From Mobula hypostoma (taxonomy: Eukaryota), in contig NC_086097.1 in assembly GCF_963921235.1 (NCBI RefSeq), forward strand, positions 196,356,001-196,420,000: DNA of 64,000 bases, given 5' to 3'. Shown here in pieces: positions 39,583 to 52,264 of the stretch. Made by a program: the position numbers and the translations under genes. The notes under the pieces are model-generated. The model was not told the DNA's origin. It saw only the letters and a list, made by a program, of their open reading frames with translations, and did not search any database. Each line of letters starts with the position of its first letter. Position 1 is the stretch's first letter.

Positions 39583-41122
39583 CAGGTGTCCCCCACTTTT
39601 CGAACGTTCGCTTTACGAAACCTCACTGTTACGAAAGACCTACATTAGTACCCTCTTTTCGCTTTCAGAAGGTGTTTTCACTGTTACGAAAAAAAAATTC
39701 AGCGCGCGATAAAAGGCAGCGCGCCCCGAGCAGCCACTCTCCCCCAGATTGGGAACTGCATTGCTTTAACACGTGCCTGTGAGCAGCCGTTTGCAGGATG
39801 AGTTCTATGGTATTGGAAAAGCCTGAAGCAGCTCGTAAGGGTGTTACACTTATGGTAAAACTAGACATAATTAAGCATTTTGATCGTGGTGAACGAAGTA
39901 AGGACAACGTGAGTTTGGCTTGTGGAAGCTGACGAACATGATGTTGAAGAGGTTTTGGCATCCCATCACCAAGAACTGACAGATGAAGAGCTGATGCAGT
40001 TGGAAGAAAAAAGGATAACAATTGAAACTGAATGAGTAATGATAAAGTACGACTTTAATTTTGAAAGGGTACGTCGGTTTAGGGGATATTTGCAGGATGG
40101 TTTGAGTCCTTATTAAAGAACTGTGTGATGGAAAAATGCGCGAGGCTCAGCAGTCAAGCAAGCCTTCCACATCAGCCACAGCAGACGATGAACCTCGACC
40201 TTCGACATCAAGGCAGGCAGAGATGGAAGAAGATGAGCTGCCTGCTCTAATGGAAACAGGCGACGAGATGACACCCTAGTGTCCCACCACCCCAACACCC
40301 AGGCCACGGACAGGTACTGTACTGATTCACGGAGAATGCAAAGGTAGCCGGGAGGCACACAGCACATCTTTAAGAAAAAAGCCGAAATAAACATGCTAAT
40401 TAATTAGGTGCCGCCGACACGTAATTGTCGGCCCAGATCAGAGACGACGCAATCGGAAATCGGCACTGATCTGGGCCGACAATTATGAGCGGCACTTAAT
40501 TAATTAGCATGTTTGTTTCGGCTTCTTTCTTAAAAATGTGCTGTGTACCTCCCGGCTACCGCTGGACCCCTGCGTTCTTCATGGCAATGTATCGCTCAGC
40601 GGCCTGGAGGGTGGGGGGGGGCTACTGCACCAACCTGTGACGACTCCGTCTGACACACCATCATCAGTGTGCTCTGCGCTGTTTTCCCAATTCCAGTAAG
40701 TGATACTACACTGTACATACATTATTTCTACTTTATATTGGCTGTGTATTTTTACATGTTATTTGGTATGATTTGGCAGCTTCATAGCTTAAAGGTTACT
40801 GGAGAGCGCTTGTGTGAGATTTTCTGCCGACGGCGCTTGCGTGCGATTTTCGCTACGGAGAACAGTGCAGTAATGATTGTGGAAAAGTATTTCTACTTTT
40901 ATATAGGCTGTGTATTTATCATATCATTCTTGCTTTTACTATGTGTTACTGTTATTTTAGGTTTTATGTGTTGTTTGGCATGATTTGGTAGGTTATTTTT
41001 AGGTCTGCGAACACTCACAAAATTTTCCCATATAAATGGTAATTGCTTCTTCGCTTTACGACATTACGGCTTACGAACCGTTTCATAGGAATGCTCTACC
41101 TTCGGATGGCGGGGGAAACCTG
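39583..41122 (+). mobile_element. Tigger/pogo non-autonomous transposon (1.5 kb)
   Basis: TA TSD and TIRs CAGGTGTCCCCC/GGGGGAAACCTG. Transposase remnants (ARKGVTLMVKLDIIKHFDRGE; VEEVLASHHQELTDEELMQLE). Inserted just upstream of the L1 YADD motif. Confidence 0.9.
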
Positions 41123-42735
41123 TATTTCATTTCCGCAGGTAATACCAAAAATATTGGGCGAGTCACGGATAGCAATTGCTAAAGGTTTAAGGGCGATATT
41201 AAATCGTAAAGGACTAAGAGGGCATCCTTGCCTAGTACCACGAAATAGATGGAAAAAGGAAGATCTTTGATTATTAGTACAAACCGAAGCTACCGGGGAA
41301 TAATATAACAATTGAATCCAAGATATAAATATCAAACTAAAATTAAATTTCTCGAGCACACTAAATAAATAAGGCCATTCAACTCTGTCAAAGGCTTTCT
41401 CAGCATCTAATGAGATAATACATTCCGGGGTAATAAGTGAAGGGGTGCACACAATATTAATTAACCTCCTAATATTAAAGGATGAATAACGATTTTTAAT
41501 AAATCCAGTTTGGTCCATAGATATAATTTGAGGTAATACCTTCCCTAACATAGTTGCTAAAATTTTTGAATCTACCTTCAAAAGAGATATCAGTCTGTAT
41601 GATGCATAATCAGTAGGATCTTTATTCTTTTTAAAAATTAAGGAAATAGAGGCTTCATAAAACGATTGTGGTAATTTACCTAAACTGATTGCTTCTTTGA
41701 ATATTCTAGACAACCACGGAGAGAGAATAGAGGAAAAGGATTTTAAAAATTCCACTGTAAACCCGTCCGGACTGGGTGCTTTACCAGAATTCATTGATGA
41801 GATTGCAGTTATTATTTCTGTAATAGGAGTTTTTTCTGTAATAGCAATTTCCCTTCATTTCAATCCCACAGTTCACCCTTTTGTTCTCAAACTGTGCCCC
41901 GAGTTTTAGACCCTTCAGCATTTGGAAGCATGCTCCCTGTATCTAGGCTATCAAGTCCTTATAAAATCTTTCTTCTAAACTAAAATACTCATTCTTGATC
42001 TACTTAATCTCTGCTCATGGCAAACCCAGCATCCCTAGAACCAGTCTAGAAAGTGCTTGAACTGAATCTGACCTTCAGAAATCTGACAACAAATTCTCCC
42101 ATAAATTTCTTAGAGATATTTAAAACACTAATAATTTTTTATGATAATTCATTATCAAATGTATGCATGAGTTTAACTGTGGGTTGTGTTAGGATGAATA
42201 TAGAAAATATTCAACAAAATAAAATAATTATGGAGGACGAAATATGGGTAGCTATAGAAAATGGGTATTTCTGACTTGACAGAAAAAATCAGTTTAGGAA
42301 CAGTAATCAGGAAGGAAACCTGTGTTGCCTGTGCAACATTTTGGGTCGGAAGATCAAAACAATACTCCACAGATGCAGTCCTGCCAAGGCTCTGTACAAT
42401 TGAAATAATACTTCCTTACTCCTCCAATTAAGGTCAACAGCCCTTATAGTAGCTTGCTGTACTTGTGTGTTAATCGTAATTGTGACAAGTACACTCAGGT
42501 CCTTTTAGGTCAGTTGTACCTAATTTTTGCACCTTTTGACAAATGCTCTGCTTTTCACTTTTATACACTAAAGTTATATTATAATCCACTTGCCACATTT
42601 TTACCCACTCGCTGTTTGTTGATAACTTTGAAGTCCCTTTACTTTCTCCTCCGTACTAACAATGCATAATTCTTAGAAAAGTAATCAAAGTGTGGTGTAT
42701 ATGTTACCATATGCTATCTTAAGGTGCGTTTCTTA

Positions 42736-43621
42736 TGTTACGCACCCCGTAACTGGGTTGCCAAACCAGCAGAAATGGATCACTCAGTTGGAGTCTGGAT
42801 TACTAGAACTAAGAAAGTTTTATTAAAGAAACAAGCAACACAGTACTCTAATCAAAAGGATAATAAATGCAACAGTTCAGCAATGATAAACACACATGTA
42901 CACAGAATTAGGATAACAGGATCAATCAAACTCTATCATCGTCTAGGGGTAACTGACCAGTTTCAAAGTGATGCAAAGTTCAGTTCAATTGAGTTCAGTT
43001 CAGTTCACAGTAATCAGTGCCGTGGCGATGGACAGTGGGGGGGAAGGAGAGAGAGAGCAAAAACGAATGAATATTCAAACGGCTTCCACACAGACCTTCG
43101 ATATTCTTTGCAGTCAGCTTTCGGGCGAGCCCTTTGTGATGTCTTCTGAGGTCACCGACCGTGACCCCTCCGTTTCCAGATACGATCGTTTCTCTGCGGT
43201 GAACCTGGCACCCAGGCAAGGGCAGACACACACCAGGTTCCCACTGATCGTACCTTTCCACCCTGTGCGTCTATGGCTTGGTCCCGCGACCAGCCCTCCA
43301 AAACTCCCACCGACTTGTGGGAGGCGCACCGTTTCCAGGGTCTCGTTACCTCGTGGTGTCGTGTGTGTCTTGCCTTAGCTAACCTGTCCCTTTTTATCCC
43401 CCTGCTGGGGTATCGCCTGTCCATCACTTCAAACAGTTCAAGTTCAAAGGGGAGCAGATCTTGACAGCTCTCCTTCCGTCCCTTCATTAACATCTCCAAA
43501 TGCTGCTCCATTGTTTTCCTTATCTCTCTTTCTCCTGAAGACAGGTGGCAGACCAACTGCTGATCCCACTGATGCCAGCACAGGACAGTTAACATCTTAA
43601 TCTATGTGTACTCCCGTCACA
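42736..43621 (-). mobile_element. Solo LTR (~886 bp)
   Basis: TGTTACG...CGTCACA inverted termini. Minus-strand TATA-like GGGGGATAAAAAGGG (~43390) and AATAAA (~42820). CpG retained. TSD imperfect (TCTTA/CCTCA). Confidence 0.8.
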
Positions 43622-43879
43622 CCTCATAGGCATTTCCAGGAAAATAAAGAAATGCAATAGTTTATGAAAAAATACACTTAACAAAGACTGACAAACATCC
43701 AATCTGCAAAGGGACAAATTGTGCCAATAATAAATAAAAAGTAAATAAATAATACTGAGTAAAGCAAAATAAGGTAATAAGCTAAATGGTCATCTCTGGC
43801 TATTGAGTTTGGAACCATTGAGAATTGTTTTAAGTTGGGGAAAGTTGTGCAGCCAATCAAAGAGAGGGAAAGCATAAAT

Positions 43880-44372
43880 AAAAGAGATTCTGCAGATGCT
43901 GGAAATCTAGAGCAGTAACTCAGCTGGTGAGGCAGCATTTATTGAGGGGAATAAAACAGTTGGTGTTTCAGGCTGAGGCTGGAAAGGAAAGGGGAAGAAG
44001 TCAGAATAAGAGGTGGGGCAGGAGTACAAGCTGGCAAATGATAGGTGGAACCATGTGACTGGGAAGTGGTGGGGGGGATGGAGAAGTGAAATGAGAAGTT
44101 GGGTGGTGACAGGAATGGACTAAGGAATCATGTAAGGATCTGTGGAAAGCAAAGAGTGGGTGGAGAAGGAAAGATGTGCTTGTGGTAAGATCTCGTTGGA
44201 GATGACAAAGTACAGAGAATGATATGCTGGATGTGGAGGCTTGTGGGGTGGTAGGTAAGGACGAGGGGAGCTCTATCCATGTTATGGCAATGGGAAAATG
44301 GAGTGAGTGCAATGTCCTGGAAATGGAGATGCAGGTGAGGGCAGCATTGATGGTAGAGAAAAGGAAAGAGCA
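43880..44372 (-). mobile_element. Older Penelope-like fragment
   Basis: DRAPLVLTYHPTSLHIQHII motif and a degenerate pseudo-LTR tail (TCTGCAGATGCTGGAAAT). Confidence 0.75.
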
Positions 44373-45263
44373 CCTTCTGTCAAGTCCAAAGTGTTGATAG
44401 CAACTGTAGCATCTGAGAGGCCTGTCAGCATACGATGTAGGTACTGAAGGTGTGCATCAATGTATCTGGTTTAAGACGGCACTAGTGAAACACAGCGATG
44501 ACTTACTGGCAGCAAATGAAACCACTAATTATTAATAATTTTTTCTGGAAAATGGTTACTGCAATCAGTAGACTGTAAACTTCCCTTTTGGAGTTCAGCC
44601 TCCAAAACACACACATTTTTGCAGTGTGAACTGAAGTCTTGAAGGTACAGGATGTTTTTGGTGTGGCGTATACAGGCTGATTCAAGGTGGTACATTGTAT
44701 ATGTAGTACACATTGATAATAAATGTACTTTGAACTTTGCTGGCCTGTGTACATCCCCATCTCTGACCAAAACCACATATCTCAGCACTAAGCAATTGCC
44801 TTGGCCTGCCAGTTTCTTGGTCATGATCCCCTTTACCCATTATGCTACAATGATCCTTATTAGTTTTGATTCTACTGGCATTTTTGTTTTTGGGAATGTG
44901 TCCAATGCAGTAAACAAGGTACTATTATACTGTATGTGAATTTACAGCATTGCAACTCTGCATCCATCAGTAAGTTCCAAAGAACATCTCTTCTCATTGC
45001 TACCATCAAGGAAGAGGTGTAGGAGCCTGAAGACACATACTTAACATTTTAGGAACAGTTTCTTGCCTTTTTGAATGGATGTACAATGAATCCATGTACA
45101 CTACCTCACTTTTATTTTTGCTTTCTTTTTTTCTCTACTTAATTTAAAAATATTTTTGTATATATTTTTATTGGAACTTGTTTTTTTATTATGTATTTCA
45201 GAGTACTGCTGCCACAAAACAAATTTAATGACATATGCAAGAGCTATTTTAACTTGATTCTGA

Positions 45264-45448
45264 CACAAGAAAATCTGCAGATGCTGGAAATTCAAGCAAC
45301 ACACACAAAATGCTGGTGGAACGCAGCAGGCCAGACAGCATCTCTAGGAAGAAGCACAGTTGACGTTTCGGGCTGAGACCCTGCGTCAGGACTAACTTCT
45401 TCCTATAGATGCTGTCTGGCCTGCTGCGTTCCACCAGCATTTTGTGTG
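45264..45448. mobile_element. Hairpin-shaped Penelope pseudo-LTR mini-insertion with mutated hammerhead (45357-45394, minus)
   Basis: 14-bp TSD TAACTTGATTCTGA (45250-63 and 45449-62). ~55-bp inverted arms. The core reads CTGACGC instead of CTGACGA. Confidence 0.85.
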
Positions 45449-45968
45449 TAACTTGATTCTGATTCTGAATTGCCTTGTTAAAGTCATAATAATGGTTGAT
45501 TAAAGCCTCCTTGCTAGCAAAACATGAGTACTTGCTTGAGACAGATACCTGCCAATGTACATTTGGTCATGCTCCATTGGAGGCATGTCAGAAAACAAAA
45601 TTGTAGTAAGGTTATAACTATTCAGCCATTGCAATGTGAATGAAAATGCTTCATGCCAACTTGGGTTGGGTGGCATGAATCAATGAAGGTTTTAAAATTT
45701 ATTGTGTGTTTCTGGTGTAAAATCACAATGGTCTTTGATATCTAAGTATTTGTTGCACATTTTAGAAAACAGCAATGCAACACTTCGTTAATTTGGCTGC
45801 TGTATAACTAAATGTGTTTTCATCTGTTTATAAAATTGCTCTTTTATTGTTGAGATTTGAGGGATTTGAATTGAAACAAATCCTTTCTTTGAGGCAATTC
45901 ATGAATGCTTGAGTGCTTGTTGGCCCATTTCTGTTAATTATATTGTGTTCTTAATTATACTATTTCAG

Positions 45969-46001
45969 GCAAATCTGTTTCCATGATAAAGCAATGCAGA
46001 G
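45969..46001 (+). CDS. ESCO1: Candidate 33-nt in-frame ESCO1 micro-exon (QICFHDKAMQR)
   Basis: TTTCAG acceptor and AG|GTGTGT donor; phase 2/2 with no stop; contains an in-frame ATG at 45994. Confidence 0.45.
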
Positions 46002-46248
46002 GTGTGTGTGGGCAGTAATTGGTCCATCATAATTGAACAGGGATAATAAAAACAAGGGTTGACTTTTCGTTCTCCATTTACTACTCCCCACTACTCTTCC
46101 TAAAATGTTCAGTACTGGTGATTATTATATGGACATTATTATTAGTAAACATTGAGTGCTCTTTGCTGTCCAGCTGATTATTTTTTAACACATAAGGTAA
46201 TCATTGAAAATACTATTGATATCAAGTGAATCATTATTTATTTGGTAG

Positions 46249-48739
46249 GTCAGTTCGGACAAAAAATGGCACAACAGGAGGTGGACCTTCAGCCAAAAAG
46301 AAACGCTTGGAAGAAAAGGTGATATCGCCTCAACTAAGGTTAACAAAGCAGTCAGCTGCTCAACCACGCAAGGCATCCAGTAATAAACGAGCTTCAAAAT
46401 CACTAAGAACAGCTGTCAAAGTGAACAGATTGTCATCAAAGTCAACCACAAAGCTAAAGGTCACTAAAAACAATGAAAAGGTAGTTCCTTTGAAGAAATA
46501 TACCAAACATTTATTGAAAAATAGCATATCATTAAAATCTTCACACCAGAAGAAATCCATTCTGTCTCCAATATCCAAGAAAAATTCTGGTAAAGTAATG
46601 GCTAAAAGAAAATCCACACAAAAACAGAATAATGCTAAAATTGTGCATAAACAAATCCCGGTGAAGGTGTCACAGAAGTCAGTTCAGAGGAATAGAACTT
46701 CTCAGTCACGACTTGCACATAAAAGCTTGCCTAATTCCAAAAAGACTAGCTCTAAGAAGAGTTTAAAAATGTCATCACGCAATTCGCGGACAAAAGCTCC
46801 TCAAAAAATAAGTAAACCATTATCAAAAAAAAGTGAGAAAAACTCTTTAAGAGCCACCATAAAGAAATCTCATCAGAGTAAGAAAACTGTGAAGGTTCAA
46901 TCTAAGTCTACTGTGAATGTATCTAGAATGAAACCTGCAAAGAAGGATACAAAATCTTTGTCAGTAACTGTGAGAACCTCCAAGAAGCAACTTGTCAAAA
47001 AAACAGCTAAAAAAGTGACATGCAAGGGTAATCATACTAAACAACTTCCCTCTTTTAAAGATAATAGTATTGTGGGGAAAAATGTTTCTTCAAAGAAAAT
47101 TTCTGAGAAAATACAAAGTAGTGTAAAGTCGGTAAAGAATCTTCAACAAAAAAAGATGGTGAGATCGGAGAGATTACGTTATCGCCTTGCAAGTGAGGAT
47201 AACTTTGAAGCTGATGCTGCAAGACCTCAAACCAAGTTGATCCAGAATCATTCAAAAGAGAACATTCAACAGGCAGTGAACTCTGGTTTGAAGTCTGGGG
47301 CTAAGCAAATGTTGAATAAAGGACAGACCAGGTGTTCTCAGAGACTGAATCTGAACCCATCTTTATCAACGAGATCTTTTGTTTCCACTGATAGTGCATC
47401 TAGTGTGGTTCCTACTCAAAAGAAAACGCGTAAAAGGACATTTAGTGACTTGTATCCTGAAAGTCCTGAGAATAAATGTCCTTTGAAAAAAATGCTGAAA
47501 GTAAACAGTAAGCTTGGAAGAACTAAGCAGAAGAACATTACAAAATCTCCAAAAAAGGCTTCAGAAATTAAAGAAAAAGGACATCGTAAAATTAGGAGAA
47601 GAACTCCAGTTACTACTACTGCCAAAAAACAAGACTCCAATGGTATAGGACCAATGGCATGTGAAAGAAAAAGTGAACAGGGAATACTAAAAAATATTCC
47701 TAATAGTAAAACTTCAGTAGTTTTAGAATCTTCCCAAGAGCAGATTAAAACTGGTCAGCCTGTTTCTCATTCCAAAACAAAGATCAAAAAAACAGCTTCA
47801 TGTGTAACATTGGAAAGCAGTGCAAAATTGAAAGGTCTGGTTCAAAACTTGACAAAGGCAACAAATTGTAGTGTCAAAGCTATGAAAGGAAAAACTGGAG
47901 TAGAAACATCAACTGAAAAGAAACAAAAAAAAGTTTTAAATAATAGTACAGAAGATAAGAAAAAGATAAATGTATCTATTAAAGAACAACGTTCAAAGCA
48001 GCCTCAAACAGTTCATAAAGCAAATAAAAGTACAATCTCTAATCCTAAATCAGTAATGGAAATTCCATGTCTGCCAACTGATGATAATGCCAAATGTAAG
48101 CGACAAAGTATTCTTGAGTTGTGTGAGGAAATTGCAGAAGAGATAGCTTCGGACACTCTTGATCTTTCAGTGAAAGAGGAGTCTACAAAGATGGAAGATA
48201 AAAGTATCCCAAAAGAACCAGAAAGCAGAACGCCTGAAGATACTAAGAGAAAACAGCGAGCAAAACCTATTTATTCTAGCCTCAACAGATTCCAGTTTTC
48301 AGGCCAAAAATCTATAAAACGTAAATCATTTGAGCATCATAAATCTGTAGCTTCAAAGTATACTACACAGAAAGGAGGGAACAGTTGGACTAAAATTAAA
48401 CAAATTAAAACGGATCAAAAGACATTAACTGCCATCAAACTAAGAAATTTACAGGTTAAACAAGCAGTTTCACAAGTAGTAGTTCAAACAATTAAGATAA
48501 AGAAAGAGAAATTGTCAAATGGAGTATCTGTACAGACCAAAGAAGAAGATGGCACTGCACATGACCAGCACAAAGCAGACACCACTGTTTCTCATTTGGA
48601 AGTTGGAAAAGACTTTAATAATGGCCTAAGGTCAACAGAAAACAGTACACCTGAAAATGATAAACTAGTGAAATTGTGTGATGAAAAAGAGGACGAGATG
48701 GAGGTGTCAAAAGTGGAGACTGAATCTGAAGCAGATGAG
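46249..48739 (+). CDS. ESCO1: ESCO1 large N-terminal exon (2491 nt, Lys/Ser-rich)
   Basis: 850-codon ORF; acceptor TTTGGTAG and donor GAG|GTACTT; conserved ESCO1 motif SILELCEEIAEEIASD. Confidence 0.92.
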
Positions 48740-51349
48740 GTACTTTGTATTTCATTTAAATATGTTCTCTTTCAGTGATGTTGTATGCTGTTGTTCACAA
48801 TACTTTGGATTTGCAATGCAAGTGACCATTCTGTTCAAATGTTAGCTAGATTTGGCTTTCTCCCTGCTGTTCACCTCCTCATGCAAGAACAGTGCACTCT
48901 TGCTGGGCTGTCATTCTTGTCACCATTTAACTTGTATTTAATTGACTTGAGGTCCATGTAGGCTACGGTATCCAACTCATGGGTGTTGTAGATTAGAGAT
49001 CAACTTGTATTTCATTGCTATATAGAATCCCTTATTCAAAACTGTACGCAACACTCCAAGTGTGGTCTCACCTGTTCAATTACAGAAAAACTTTTTCTTG
49101 CACCCCATACAGTTGCAGTGAAAAATGTCTTTTGGTTTGCTTGTTTTGTTGGTAATTTGCTAAGCTTTCTCTGAAAAAAAAATTCTCACAAATTTTTGCT
49201 TTGCTGTTCTTGACAAGTGTAATTAACTTCAATTTACTTAATCTGCTACTAACTTTCTTGTTTAAATTTCCCTTTGCAGACTCTGTATACTCTCACAGTT
49301 CACTTTTCCTCCTTTGTATATTATCACCAAATTTTGACTATGTAATAATTTGTCCTGTCATCCAAGTCATTATTGTAGATTATAAAAAGCTGGTAACCTG
49401 ACACTAATCCTTATGACAGCCAACTAGCCACAGCTAGTGAACTTAAAAGAAAAATTATTTTGCCTGTTAACAATCCAGTTTTCTTATCTAAAATTTTGTA
49501 TGGGGGTACATAATCTAATGTCTTGAAATTCCACATGTGTTGCTAGTTAATCTTCAAGATGGAACCATTCGATTTTTCACTATTACAGATTCAGGATGGG
49601 GATGTGCACCAATCAACTTGTTTAACTTTATGACCTTTTTATTAACAAAGTGGGCCATTGAAGTATAAAATTGGTGGTAGGAGGATAAATATCAGTATAT
49701 TCTTTAGAGAAGAACAATGGTTGGGAATGAGCATATTGTTCTTAAAGATTCTCTTTCTATCCATTTCCTTTTAACATACTTTCTAAATCCCCCATCAGTA
49801 GCTTTTTGAGAGGTCATTGCTGATCAAAGGTTGAATGCCTATAAGGTTGCAAGAGCATTTAGACCCTGAGAACTATTAATTGCTTTATAACCTATTTCAT
49901 CATGCTGCCTATTTCTGGGACTAAGAAGTTATTAGGAGCATTTTTCCATTCATCTGGATGCTTACATTACAACCATTTTCAAATAACAGTTCCATTCTCA
50001 AAGAAAGGGATCATTTGTCACTGGGATGTTTCCAATCCCTCCACTGTCAGCTTTATGGTCGTAGTGTATATTAGCCAAGGATGTAGTGTAGTACTTGCTA
50101 TGTTTACTTTTTAGACCTATCCTGCAGCCTGAGAGATGTATTAATGTTTTGGAATACTATTTCTAGATAATAATATTTACATTGTCAGTAAGCCAGTAAA
50201 ACCATTTAACGCTGAGCAGAGTTCTTTAGGTCTAATATGAATGATCACCTTCTCTGCTGAGTAAAGCCTTATTTCATTGCTTCCCAACATAACGATACAA
50301 ATTGGCTTTAAATGGACATCTTCCTGAATTATCAAACAGAAGCTTCCCAATCCTTATCATTTTTTTATAATAACAGAATTATATTCTTGGACCAAGAAAA
50401 ATTGAGGCATTTTATCAGCTGATATAATTACAAACGTGTTTGTAAAATCCCTCAGTGTGACATTGTGAACATCCTGCGAAAACCATGATTTGGCAAGGAG
50501 AGTCATTCTGTATGCAGTGCATTTATCTGGTATATCTTCATTTCATATTATTGTTGGTAGCGAAGCTTGTAAGTACACCTTTTAATTTAAAACATTGCAG
50601 TTGATCAGTCTGAGTTAACTCTTGTGCAAAGAATGCAACCAGCCATGCAGTGGAAGTTAAAGGTTTCTGTTTTTCTCACAGGAGCTGCTGCTTACAATTG
50701 TCTTAAATTCTGATGTTTCTGGAGTTTCCTGGGTAATATGTAACAAGTTCCTGGCTGAATGTTTGAAGTCATAGTGATTCATAGTACAGAAGAGGGGCAT
50801 TGGCCCTAATTGTGTTAGGAAATTTCCTAGGTGAATTTTGCCAGCACTATACAACAACAATGATCAGGTTTCCCCCACATGACTGTTTGGCACTCAGTCC
50901 AACAGATAAGTTTGTTCTGCATATTTTTGCCTTTGATTTTATTTTTAGACATTCAATTCAACAAACATAATCAAAGGAATTTAAGAATATGCAGTTTTCA
51001 ACAGTAAAGGTTTTTCACAAACTTGTCTGATAAGTGCTTTATTGCACTCCATTTGGTGCACATATTATTGTGATACCAATAAGGACATTGAATAGATCTG
51101 TTCCTTTATTTTTGTTAAAACCTTTCAAGTTTTTTCTAATTACTGAAAACTAGGCCTTTAAGAATATGAGAAATGGTCAAGGTTATGAATCCTTTTGCAT
51201 AAATTACAATCAAGATACCTCATCATTTATTATTTTCTCAAAAAGCTTGAGCAAAGTCTTAAATTTTAGTTTGTTACTTTTATCAACTTTTTTTTTCATT
51301 AAGTCTGGCAGACAATTAAGCACAGTTCTGTAGATCCATTTTTTTAAAG

Positions 51350-51460
51350 GTTACCTCCAGCCTCATTTCGATTCCCTCTCATGAAGAGAAGCATCCAGAA
51401 TTAACAAGACAATTTGGAGAAACACTTCTAAATAAGAACAAAGCTTCAGATTTGCCTTTG
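51350..51460 (+). CDS. ESCO1: Probable ESCO1 exon (VTSSLISIPS...KASDLPL)
   Basis: TTTTTTTAAAG acceptor and an open 37-codon phase 0/0 frame. The donor GTTATG is weak, so the 3' boundary is uncertain. Confidence 0.55.
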
Positions 51461-52264
51461 GTTATGTTTGTTTAAATGATTTTTACAAAAGTTGTGGATC
51501 GGTCGAGTTTACACATTACTTCATCCGAGTAATTGAAATTAATACCTGAATGGAAAAATTAGGTAATTTTAGAATTGTGCCTAATAACAAAATATTTTTG
51601 AGGTCCAAGTTGATGTATATACTTTTGGATATTACTTATCTTGTGGTCAGATAGAAAAATTAGTGGATTGGATTGTGACAGAGTGTACCCTGGTGTTGAA
51701 TGGAGAAAGTGAGTATTGAACAGTGGGTAGGATTGTGGCATGGTTTAAGTTTTTCAGTTGGATTAAAAGGATGAACAGTAAGGAACCAGAGGAACAACTT
51801 GGTTTCTATTTGACTTTTGGTCCATTGTGTAATGAAGAAATGTGTCTTGGGTGCTGAGAAAATCTGTTGTTGCAAAAATGGTCTAGTCCAAGTTGAAAAT
51901 CTGAGTATCCAAAAGTATGTTACAAGCTGTTGGGGTTCACTCTGCATGTTGGGGTGCCCCTGTGTTTATTCTGTCAGAAGCACTGAGGAGTAGGAATCTC
52001 CAGTTTTCTGGAGATTCTTAATGAATATTTTTGTTCAAAAATGTTTACGTAATTTGCTCTTAAATCCAGACTGTTACCAGTACTGTCTTGAAATGTTTCT
52101 TTGACTAGGTCATTTTACTGTGTATTTGTATAAACTTAATATATCATGGATTTCTAGAATGGTGAACTTGGTAATGATACTTATACTAAGTTGACCATAG
52201 TAAAATATATGCTCAATTACTTAAATTTGTTGCACTCCAATTAAGGTATTTTTGTTTCCTTCAG

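Larger units (their letters stand above)
37345..41850 (-). mobile_element. L1-clade LINE ORF2 (5'-truncated), interrupted by two insertions
   Basis: SGKAPSPDGF, DQTGFI, SLDAEKAFDRVEW, GTRQGCPLSP, SLYADDLLL, SLIGRINAIKM, GGLALPNF and CDRC...HMFWSC motifs; A-rich 3' tail at ~37345. Confidence 0.92.

Noticed and set aside
46226..46248. GTG start of the 850-aa ORF (and its tail 48740-48778)
   Set aside because: These stretches lie outside the splice acceptor and donor, so they are intronic read-through.
24780..46322. 39-codon alternative-frame ORF with three ATGs (24780, 45983, 46266)
   Set aside because: It lies downstream of the stronger in-frame ATG at 24740, is short, and depends on an unverified splice path.
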